43,775 nucleotides of DNA, taken from a virus. Its lineage: Duplodnaviria > Heunggongvirae > Uroviricota > Caudoviricetes. Made by a program: the position numbers and the translations under genes. The notes under the pieces were generated by a model, which did no database searches, was not told where the DNA came from, and saw only the letters and a program-made list of their open reading frames with translations. The stretch is taken from positions 64,001 to 107,775 of IMG/VR virus record IMGVR_UViG_3300022305_001387; one strand, given 5' to 3'. Below, in pieces: positions 8,602-16,488 of this stretch; positions within the stretch are counted from its first letter, which is position 1, and the number at the start of each line of letters is the position of its first letter.

Positions 8602-9386
8602 TTCAAAAATCGAACAATATCTTTCGAGATAAACGTTTAAAAATGATCGTACAAACCGATCCAGAACTAAGACAGATAACTCTTCCAGACGCAAGATATT
8701 ATCAAAGATCACCAGGAATTTTTTATCCATCAGTAACTACTATACTTGGGTATTTTCCTAAAGGAGCGTTTTTTGAAACGTGGCTAAAAGATTCAGGCCA
8801 TAATGCAGATTTTATAATGAGAAGAGCAGGAGATGAAGGCACACAAGTACATAATGCAGCAGAGAAGATCCTAAAAGGAGAAGAAGTTCGCTGGATCGAA
8901 TCAGATGGACACGTAAACTATAATACACATGTATGGAAAATGATTTTAAGTTTTTATGATTTTTGGACTACATATAAACCAACTCTATTACTATCAGAAG
9001 AGTTTATGTTTTCTGATGAGCATAAATACTCTGGTACTCTTGATATGTTAGTAGAATTAGAAGGAAAAAAATGGTTAATAGATATAAAAACATCTACATC
9101 GATCCACACAAGTCACTATTTACAAATGTCAGCGTATGTAAAAGCTTATGAAGAAAAATATCTACAAAAAGTAGATCATACAGGAATTCTTTGGTTAAAA
9201 TCAAGTAAAAAAGGTCCAGATAAAACTAAAAAAAGAATTCAAGGCAGTGGTTGGGAATTAAAAGAAGGTGAAAAATCAATTGAAGAGTATTTCCAAATGT
9301 TCTTACATACGTATGAAACATATAAAATGATGCATCCTGATCAAGAGATAGAAATGTTAACTCTTCCTAATAGTATTAAGTTATAA
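8598..9386 (+). CDS. PD-(D/E)xK exonuclease (RecB/Cas4-like phage exonuclease)
   Basis: YPSVTTIL, GTQVH, YSGTLD...LIDIKTS and YLQMSAY motifs. Confidence 0.88.
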   Translation: MIQKSNNIFRDKRLKMIVQTDPELRQITLPDARYYQRSPGIFYPSVTTILGYFPKGAFFETWLKDSGHNADFIMRRAGDEGTQVHNAAEKILKGEEVRWIESDGHVNYNTHVWKMILSFYDFWTTYKPTLLLSEEFMFSDEHKYSGTLDMLVELEGKKWLIDIKTSTSIHTSHYLQMSAYVKAYEEKYLQKVDHTGILWLKSSKKGPDKTKKRIQGSGWELKEGEKSIEEYFQMFLHTYETYKMMHPDQEIEMLTLPNSIKL

Positions 9387-9391
9387 GTTGA

Positions 9392-9399
9392 ATATTTAT
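9392..9399 (+). promoter_or_regulatory. ATATTTAT motif heading the kinase/nucleotidyltransferase/HAD operon
   Basis: 4 nt before ATG 9404. Confidence 0.55.
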
Positions 9400-9403
9400 A
9401 TGT

Positions 9404-10207
9404 ATGGTATCGTTAAAATCTTTGTTTTTAGAAAAAGAAAATTCACAACCTATAGCTGTATTTATGGCTGGTTCTGCTGGAGCTGGCAAAACTTCGTTTA
9501 GGAAAAAATATCTAGATAGTATAGGAGATTTTACTATATTAAATATAGATGATGAGTATGAGCCTCTATTGAAAGCGGCTAATTTACCTTTAGATTTTAG
9601 AAAATATACTTCATCTGATCAACTTTCTACTGCGGCCAAAGCAATGGGAGCAGCTCAAAAAACGCATAGGCAAAAATATTCTAGTGCTAAAGAAAATTTA
9701 GATCACATAATTATTGATGGAACTGGAGCTTCATATAGAGAAGTGCAAAAGAAAAAACAAGAATTAGAAACTCTTGGATATAAAACTTTAATGATTCTTA
9801 TATTTGTAACTCCAGATGTATCTTTACGTAGAAATATTGTTAGAGGAGAAAAAGGAGGAAGAACACTAATGCCAGCGATAATATTAAGAAGTTGGTCATC
9901 TCTTTTTGATAATATTAGTCAATACGAAAATTTATTTGGTAATAATCTTATTATCTATAAGGCGTATGAAGAATCTGATATAGAATTTCCAAACTTTGAT
10001 CCATCTAGTCAAGAAGTAAAGCAAGCTTTTTTTGATCCTTTTAAAGTTAAAGGAAAAGAAAAATCAGCAGACGAGAAAGCAGAATCTTTACAAAAAATAA
10101 AAGATCTTAATGCTAAAATATCGTCTCAGATAACAAAAATAAAGCACGTAGAATTTGACGATCCTCAAACCATAGTTAATAAATTAAATAGATTTGTAAA
10201 TGCGTGA
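9404..10207 (+). CDS. Zeta-toxin-like / AAA_33 P-loop kinase
   Basis: VFMAGSAGAGKT Walker A, LNIDD, IIIDGTG, SLRRNIVRGEKGGR lid arginines. Confidence 0.8.
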   Translation: MVSLKSLFLEKENSQPIAVFMAGSAGAGKTSFRKKYLDSIGDFTILNIDDEYEPLLKAANLPLDFRKYTSSDQLSTAAKAMGAAQKTHRQKYSSAKENLDHIIIDGTGASYREVQKKKQELETLGYKTLMILIFVTPDVSLRRNIVRGEKGGRTLMPAIILRSWSSLFDNISQYENLFGNNLIIYKAYEESDIEFPNFDPSSQEVKQAFFDPFKVKGKEKSADEKAESLQKIKDLNAKISSQITKIKHVEFDDPQTIVNKLNRFVNA

Positions 10208-10790
10208 TTACTCTAAAATAGGATTTGAAATAATAGAAGAGTTACTTAAAGAAGTTAATAATAAAACTGGGCCTTGTTTCTTTCCTGGAAAATTTAAGCC
10301 TGTCCATAAAGGCCATTTTGAAGCCGCGAATTATTTATCAAAGCAACCAAATGTAAATATGGTGTATGTTATAATAAGTAATGTAGAGAAATTTGGTATA
10401 ACTGATCAAGACAGTCTTAAAATGTGGACAGATTATTTAAAAGCATCGCCTAATAATAATATAAAAGTAAAAATTTCAACTGAAGGATCTCCTATCAAAG
10501 ACATTTATAGAGAAGTTAATCAAAATCCTGAATGGCCAAAAATATATGTTGCTGCAGCTAAAGAAGAAGTTGAAAACGAAGGCTACTTCAAAGATTTAAT
10601 AGCTAAATTTCCAGATCGAGTTGAATCCATAATAATACCAGATCAATTTGGTAGAATAAGTGCTACTCAAATGAGAGATGCACTAAAGAGAGGAGATTTC
10701 AAAAAATTTGCTGAGTTTTTACCAGCAGCGGCATATAATAAAGGCATTACTAAAGACGTTTTCGGAATGCTAACAAAGATTATAAAATGA
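10200..10790 (+). CDS. HIGH-superfamily nucleotidyltransferase (cytidylyltransferase-like; NadD/NadM/CoaD fold)
   Basis: FFPGKFKPVHKGHF (HxGH) and RISATQMRDAL (ISSTxIR-like). Confidence 0.82.
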   Translation: MRDYSKIGFEIIEELLKEVNNKTGPCFFPGKFKPVHKGHFEAANYLSKQPNVNMVYVIISNVEKFGITDQDSLKMWTDYLKASPNNNIKVKISTEGSPIKDIYREVNQNPEWPKIYVAAAKEEVENEGYFKDLIAKFPDRVESIIIPDQFGRISATQMRDALKRGDFKKFAEFLPAAAYNKGITKDVFGMLTKIIK

Positions 10791-11671
10791 CAAATGAACA
10801 AAAAGTAGAGATAATAAAAGACTTCTTACTTTATTGTAAAGAGTTTTTAGATATAAATAAGCTTCCTAAAATAAAACTTATAACAGATCATGATTGGGTT
10901 GTATCTCAAAGAAGCTTTGGTCGCTACGAACCAAGAAAAAATACACTTTTTGTGTATATTGGTAATAGAAATTTAGCGGATATATTTAGAACAATATCCC
11001 ATGAACTAACACATCATAAACAAAATGAAGAAGGACGTCTTTCAGCAGGATCTGGCGCTACTGGAAGTGATATAGAGAATGAAGCCAATGCATATTCTGG
11101 TATAATAATGAGAAATTATGGTCAAACAAATGCACTAATATATGAATCAAAATTGATGAATATATTAGAAATGCCAAAAAATACTAGATTTACTATATTT
11201 TGTGATATGGATGGAGTTTTATGTGATTTCAATGCTCAATTTGATCATTATTATGGAAAATCTCCAACAGAATATTCAAAAGAAAAAGGTCCTGAGATAT
11301 TGAGACAAGCTGTAAATGAAATAGGAGAGAAATATTGGTCTCAAATGCCATGGCATCCAGGTTCACAACTTCTTTGGGACTATATTAGTGAATATTCTCC
11401 TATTATAATAACTAGTCCTAGTACATTTGAATTCGCACAAAAAGGAAAATTAGAATGGATAAAAACCCATTTAAATCCGCAACCACAAACAGTAATATTT
11501 AAACAAACAGGAAATAAACACGATGTATTTAGTGATTATGATCCTAAAAAATCTATATTAATAGACGATTATTTTAGAAATACAATGCCTTGGAAAGAAG
11601 CAGGCGGCGTAGGAATAACATTTAGAAATCCAACAGACACAATATCAATACTTAAAAAATTTGGTTTATGA
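10787..11671 (+). CDS. Fusion: HExxH metallopeptidase-like domain + HAD 5'(3')-deoxyribonucleotidase-like domain
   Basis: N-terminal RTISHELTHHKQ...IENEANA; C-terminal FCDMDGVLCDF (DxDG) and ILIDD HAD motifs. Confidence 0.82.
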   Translation: MTNEQKVEIIKDFLLYCKEFLDINKLPKIKLITDHDWVVSQRSFGRYEPRKNTLFVYIGNRNLADIFRTISHELTHHKQNEEGRLSAGSGATGSDIENEANAYSGIIMRNYGQTNALIYESKLMNILEMPKNTRFTIFCDMDGVLCDFNAQFDHYYGKSPTEYSKEKGPEILRQAVNEIGEKYWSQMPWHPGSQLLWDYISEYSPIIITSPSTFEFAQKGKLEWIKTHLNPQPQTVIFKQTGNKHDVFSDYDPKKSILIDDYFRNTMPWKEAGGVGITFRNPTDTISILKKFGL

Positions 11672-12228
11672 GCGTAAAAAAAGAGTTTTCGAAAAGCACA
11701 GTACAAAGAATGAGAAATATTATCACTGGGAATGCAGGTGATAAGACCCAAATACAGACTGGATATGAAAAACATAAAGTTGAAAAACAAGAAGGCGACA
11801 TTTGGGAAGAAGAAGGTAAAAAATGGACTATAAAAAACGGAATAAAACAATCAATTACGAAATTTGATCGATTTAAAGACATTGCAAATATTCCAATATC
11901 TTGCCCAAAATGTAAAAAGCCATTTAAACTTAATGATATTAATAAAAAAATGTATTCTATTCATAGAATGTGTTTAAATTGCGTAACAGAAATAGAAACG
12001 CAAATAAAATTAGAAGGAAATTGGCATGAATATAAATCTAATATCATGAATAATAATAAAAATGCAAGTCTAGAAGACTTTGAAAAGTTTATTGATTCTT
12101 GGATGCTAGAGAATAGTAGTTTTGTTGCTGAAAATGGAGATGTAGAAAGTTGGAGTAAGGTGGATAAGACAAAAGCATATGAAGAAATTAAAAGCAATAT
12201 ACAAAAACTTAAAAACACCAAAATATAG
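11668..12228 (+). CDS. Hypothetical protein with CxxC...CxxC zinc ribbon
   Basis: CPKCKK...MCLNC. Confidence 0.65.
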   Translation: MSVKKEFSKSTVQRMRNIITGNAGDKTQIQTGYEKHKVEKQEGDIWEEEGKKWTIKNGIKQSITKFDRFKDIANIPISCPKCKKPFKLNDINKKMYSIHRMCLNCVTEIETQIKLEGNWHEYKSNIMNNNKNASLEDFEKFIDSWMLENSSFVAENGDVESWSKVDKTKAYEEIKSNIQKLKNTKI

Positions 12229-12229
12229 A

Positions 12230-12237
12230 ATATTTAT
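12230..12237 (+). promoter_or_regulatory. ATATTTAT motif
   Basis: 15 nt before ATG 12253. Confidence 0.55.
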
Positions 12238-12252
12238 TAATAAAAATAGGCA

Positions 12253-12891
12253 ATGCCATATTCTATAGATAGAAAAAATAAGTGCGTCTACAAAAAGAAA
12301 GCTAATGGATCAAGAGGAGAAAAGGTCGGATGCACAAAAGGAAGTCTAAATGATTATGTAGCAGCCTTACAAATACATGCAGAAATGAAAATATTTAAAA
12401 AGAAAACATTAAAAGAGCAATTAGAAAATCCTAAAATCCCAGGAGCGCTTAATCAACTCTATGCAGTTCAAAAACCATATTCTGGTTGCGAATTAACTTC
12501 ATTAGTTAGACCTATTGATCCTCTTATGGGTATCGGAGCTGGCCATGAATTAGTACCCGATCAAATACATGCGGTATTTGCAGATGAAGATATGGCAAAT
12601 GATGTTGCATCTGATCTATATGAAATGCATTCCAAACATCAGCAAGCTTTAGAAGAGAAAAAAGGCGATGTTAGTGACAAATTGAAAAAAGCTATCGATG
12701 TTTTAGAGAAAAAAAGAAAAGAACATATGGAATTGGCTAAAGAAGATCCTAAAAATGCTTCTAAGCACAGAGAACATATAGCTCAAATAATGGATAAAGT
12801 AGACGACTTTATGACAAAGCTAGAAAAAATAGAAAAGTCTAAAAAAGAAATAGTAAAAGAAGAAGATAAAAAGAAAAAAATTAAAAAATAA
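12253..12891 (+). CDS. Hypothetical protein with C-terminal coiled coil
   Basis: 212-aa ORF; ATATTTAT 15 nt upstream; internal KTLKEQLE. Confidence 0.6.
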   Translation: MPYSIDRKNKCVYKKKANGSRGEKVGCTKGSLNDYVAALQIHAEMKIFKKKTLKEQLENPKIPGALNQLYAVQKPYSGCELTSLVRPIDPLMGIGAGHELVPDQIHAVFADEDMANDVASDLYEMHSKHQQALEEKKGDVSDKLKKAIDVLEKKRKEHMELAKEDPKNASKHREHIAQIMDKVDDFMTKLEKIEKSKKEIVKEEDKKKKIKK

Positions 12892-13262
12892 TGGAACAAT
12901 TTGTAAAATTTGTATCGACTCTATTTGCTAGTCGTACCCAAGCGCATGTATTTCATCTACAAACTAGAGGTCCAGGATCTCTTGCAAAACATAAAGCTTT
13001 AAATAGTTACTACGATGAAATTGTTGGATTAGTTGATGGTCTTATTGAAAGCACTCAAGGTAGATATGGAATAGTACGTGGATATAGCGGACCTTCTCAG
13101 TTTAAAGAGGATGACGAACCTTTAACTTATTTTCAAGCGCTTTGTCAATACGTAGAAACTATGAGAAAAAATATTCCTCAAGACAGCTATATTCAAAATG
13201 AAGTAGACGAAATAGTTAAATTGATAGAAAGTACAAAGTATAAACTTGAAAATTTACAGTAA
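12891..13262 (+). CDS. Ferritin/Dps-like four-helix protein (DUF5856-type)
   Basis: QAHVFHLQT...KHKALNSYYDEIVGLVDGLIESTQG resembles the Dps/ferritin H..W/H...H..Y...D..E pattern. Confidence 0.7.
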   Translation: MEQFVKFVSTLFASRTQAHVFHLQTRGPGSLAKHKALNSYYDEIVGLVDGLIESTQGRYGIVRGYSGPSQFKEDDEPLTYFQALCQYVETMRKNIPQDSYIQNEVDEIVKLIESTKYKLENLQ

Positions 13263-13591
13263 TGCATCATTTATACGAATTAAACGAAGGGGAATTTTGT
13301 CCGATGTGTTTGAAAGAGTATATCTTAGAGCACGTATCTAAATTAGAAGAGGCTGAGTATAAAGGACGAACAGTCGCATTAGGAAAACCTATGGCAGGCG
13401 ATGTAAAGAAATTTAAAGTGTACGTAAAAAATAATAAAGGCAACGTAGTTAAGGTAAATTTTGGACAAAAAGGCGTTAGAATAAAAAAGAACAACCCAAA
13501 AAGACGTAAAAGCTATAGAGCAAGACACGGATGCGATAAGAATCCAGGTCCTCGTTGGAAAGCAAATTATTGGAGTTGTCGCAAATGGTAA
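13262..13591 (+). CDS. Hypothetical protein: acidic N-terminus, highly basic C-terminal domain
   Basis: KVNFGQKGVRIKKNNPKRRKSYRARHGCD...ANYWSCRKW; L-x-E sites in the N-terminus. Confidence 0.65.
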   Translation: MHHLYELNEGEFCPMCLKEYILEHVSKLEEAEYKGRTVALGKPMAGDVKKFKVYVKNNKGNVVKVNFGQKGVRIKKNNPKRRKSYRARHGCDKNPGPRWKANYWSCRKW

Positions 13592-13594
13592 AAA

Positions 13595-13894
13595 ATGAAA
13601 CTAAAAGACTTATTAGAAATATCAGGACAAGGATTTACTACTAAACAGACATCGTTTGATAAAGATACTGGTAAAATAGGCTGGGACGTAGAATATTTTC
13701 CAGATTTCTCTGAGATTTTAGATAGTATTGATAGCACTTCTAAAGCTCTAGAAAAAACTATACACGATTATAGCATACAAGACGAAGAGATTGCAACAAG
13801 TTTAAAAGGTCTAAAAGCAATAAAATCAATCCTTTTAAAAACATTAGAAAAAAACCACCCTGATTATATAAAAGACTATCATAGTAAAAAATAG
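13595..13894 (+). CDS. Hypothetical protein with MKLKDLLE leader
   Basis: 99-aa ORF within the operon. Confidence 0.6.
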   Translation: MKLKDLLEISGQGFTTKQTSFDKDTGKIGWDVEYFPDFSEILDSIDSTSKALEKTIHDYSIQDEEIATSLKGLKAIKSILLKTLEKNHPDYIKDYHSKK

Positions 13895-13901
13895 ATAAAT
13901 T

Positions 13902-14405
13902 ATGAGTATTAAATTATCATCTTTATTAAAAGAAGATTTCAATGGAGACACATACAATATTGGAATGAAGCAGTATACTACTTCTAGAGCCAAAATGTCT
14001 CAAGTTGAATCAGAGAAAATAAAAGGTGCAGACGGTACGCCTTGTTGGAGAGGTTATAGATATGCTGGTACTGAAAATGGAAAAGATAAATGCGTCGCTA
14101 TGGGAGAAAGCAAAATGTGTAATGAGTGTGGAGGAATGATGTATGAAACTATGTGTATGGAATGTGGATGGGAAGAAGATATGATATTACCTCATGATAA
14201 TGAATTTGATATGGAACAAGAGCCAAGTCAAGACCATGAAGTGGGTATGGCTCAAAATTTATTACAAGATATAATAAAAAACGCAACTGAATTAGCTGAA
14301 AAAATAGGAAATGAAGAGATAAATCTACCAGGTTGGATTCAAGATCATATATCCCAATCACAAAATTATATAAGTCAAGCTAACGTAGGCTACCACACAC
14401 TATAA
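13902..14405 (+). CDS. Modular hypothetical head-associated protein
   Basis: MSIKLSSLLKE leader; PCWRGY...KCV and CNECGG...CMECG modules; DHEVGMAQ...LPGWIQDHISQSQNYI helical module. Confidence 0.6.
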   Translation: MSIKLSSLLKEDFNGDTYNIGMKQYTTSRAKMSQVESEKIKGADGTPCWRGYRYAGTENGKDKCVAMGESKMCNECGGMMYETMCMECGWEEDMILPHDNEFDMEQEPSQDHEVGMAQNLLQDIIKNATELAEKIGNEEINLPGWIQDHISQSQNYISQANVGYHTL

Positions 14406-14409
14406 TAAA

Positions 14410-16134
14410 ATGAAGATACATAAATTATTACAAGCATTACTTCTAAAAGAAGACAATACTGAAAGAATGGATTTGCCTCCAAAAACTTTCGAAGACGATC
14501 CAATGAATTTTATTCTTAAAAAGTATAGCACTTTGAATGATATACTCATAGAAGTAATGGGAGATAACTACAAAGAGTATTTATTGGGCATCTATGTAAT
14601 AGCAGATAAACCAAGTTGTTTTAAAATAGTTTTACACAATAATCAATATTTTTTTATGACGTTTATGGGCAAAGCTTATCAAGCTACCATAGCTGGTAAA
14701 AATTATTTTCTATTAAATGTTGGTGAGAAGCAAAGAGCAATGATTGCTATAACTAGATTGCTAAGATGGGGAAGTCCTCTAAAAACAAAAGGCGCAGAAG
14801 GAGCAGAGCAAGACGCAACAGCTGAGGATACTGGAACAGAAGAAACTCCACCAGCAGAAACAAGCGATACTGGAGCAGAAGGCGGAGAAGAAGAAACACT
14901 TGCTGAAACAAAAAATGTTTTAAGTCTTTTAATAAATGAAAATAGATTATCAGAATTAGCTAGAAACACATATAATATTCTAAGTGATGATGCAAAAAAA
15001 ATAGCTCAAGATTTATTAACTAGAGTCCCTAAAATTAAAAGATCACAAATTAAACCTGCAAAAGCCAATCACATAGTAATTTATAATGATGATAGGGAAA
15101 ACGTAGTATCTGATATAGAAAATTTAGGAATATATGGAAAACGTATAGATAGATCAGGAGGTTTCAAAATTAAAACAAAAAGCGGAGAAAAAATTACTAT
15201 AACAGTTAAGCGAGATAAAACAAGTGGTGAATATTATGAATTAAAGCCTCAAGCTTTAGGAGTAGATTTAGACGTTTTTGTACCGATAAAAACATTGAGA
15301 TCTGAATTAAAAACTGGTATTGAAAATCATCCAAAATTAAACCCTTCACAAAAACAATTTTTACTTGGTATGATGGGTTTCGCAAAGCCATCTCAAAGAG
15401 TTATTAATTTCTGTTTGCAAAATAAAAAATTTATAGCCGAAATAAATAAAAATTTTGGAGAACCTCTAGGTTCTATATTGTATGCAGAAAAAATAAATGG
15501 TAAAGAGGTATTCTTTCCAAAAGCTGGAAACTATCCAATGATAGATTATAGAGTTAAAAAAGCAAACGGTCGAATTGTTGATGTTAGTGCAAAAGCAGAA
15601 GGTATAAAAGGAAATGTCGTTAAATTTGGAGACGTATTGAAAAAAATACGAGAAAAAAATATAGAAGATCAAATGACTAAAGATCAAAAAATAATTTTTG
15701 ACACAGTATTATCTTCACAAGAGGGAGAAAAAGTAAATGTAGCAGTTAAGATTTTAAGACTCGCAGATAAATTTGGAAAACCCGAAACTAAAAATAGATA
15801 CAAAGAATTTTTGAGAGACAATCCTGGATTTTTAGATTCTTCTAAAAAAGATCTTGAAAAATGGCCTAAATATGGATACGATTCAAGAACAATGGCATCA
15901 ATACAAAAAGATATTTGTAAAGATATTAATAATAACCCTGAATTAAATTTTTCAAAACTATTTCAACAAGCTGTTGGTATAGTATACGTAAAATTTGAAT
16001 TCAATAAACAGACTTTAGAACCTAAAGTGAATGAGTATAAGTCCGAAGATATATCAGTATATCTCGAATCAAAAGCAAGTTTCGATCACGTAGGCGAAAA
16101 TATAGGATTTCAAATTCAAACTAAAACTCACTAA
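14410..16134 (+). CDS. Two-part protein; C-terminal region possibly restriction-endonuclease-like
   Basis: An acidic linker (EDTGTEETPPAETSDTGAEGGEEE) separates the domains; FGEPLG...YPMIDY...VDVSAK resembles a PD-(D/E/S)xK core. Confidence 0.5.
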   Translation: MKIHKLLQALLLKEDNTERMDLPPKTFEDDPMNFILKKYSTLNDILIEVMGDNYKEYLLGIYVIADKPSCFKIVLHNNQYFFMTFMGKAYQATIAGKNYFLLNVGEKQRAMIAITRLLRWGSPLKTKGAEGAEQDATAEDTGTEETPPAETSDTGAEGGEEETLAETKNVLSLLINENRLSELARNTYNILSDDAKKIAQDLLTRVPKIKRSQIKPAKANHIVIYNDDRENVVSDIENLGIYGKRIDRSGGFKIKTKSGEKITITVKRDKTSGEYYELKPQALGVDLDVFVPIKTLRSELKTGIENHPKLNPSQKQFLLGMMGFAKPSQRVINFCLQNKKFIAEINKNFGEPLGSILYAEKINGKEVFFPKAGNYPMIDYRVKKANGRIVDVSAKAEGIKGNVVKFGDVLKKIREKNIEDQMTKDQKIIFDTVLSSQEGEKVNVAVKILRLADKFGKPETKNRYKEFLRDNPGFLDSSKKDLEKWPKYGYDSRTMASIQKDICKDINNNPELNFSKLFQQAVGIVYVKFEFNKQTLEPKVNEYKSEDISVYLESKASFDHVGENIGFQIQTKTH

Positions 16135-16488
16135 ATGTCATTCAATTTACAAAAATATCTAATACAGAACAATTTAACTCTGAGAGCTGTTAGAGCTCTT
16201 AGGGAAGAAGAATCTGATGAGGAAAAAGAACCATCGAAAGAAGATTTAAAGTCTACAGAAACAGACATGAGACAGCTGGATAAAGACAAACAACAATTAA
16301 AGCTGCTTCAAGCCAAAGTAAAAGACATTATTTTCAAGTTCACAAAAGATACTCCAAAAGGAAAAGTATTAACTGATGTGACTGCATACAAGAAAGCAAT
16401 TGGCAATCTTCCAGCTAAAGTAAAAGAATTACAAAAGAAAATAAAAGATATAGAAAATCCATCGACAGAAGAAAATGAAGAAGACTAA
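16135..16488 (+). CDS. Hypothetical coiled-coil protein
   Basis: MSFNLQKYLIQNNLT...ALREEE N-terminus. Confidence 0.6.
   Translation: MSFNLQKYLIQNNLTLRAVRALREEESDEEKEPSKEDLKSTETDMRQLDKDKQQLKLLQAKVKDIIFKFTKDTPKGKVLTDVTAYKKAIGNLPAKVKELQKKIKDIENPSTEENEED

Noticed and set aside
8598-9386. Cas4-like gene as a sign of a CRISPR system
   Set aside because: No repeat-spacer array or other cas genes; coupling to the primase indicates an ordinary phage exonuclease.
9404-10207. Epsilon-zeta toxin-antitoxin module
   Set aside because: No antitoxin-like ORF upstream (an 17-nt gap after the exonuclease); the kinase is coupled to a nucleotidyltransferase instead.
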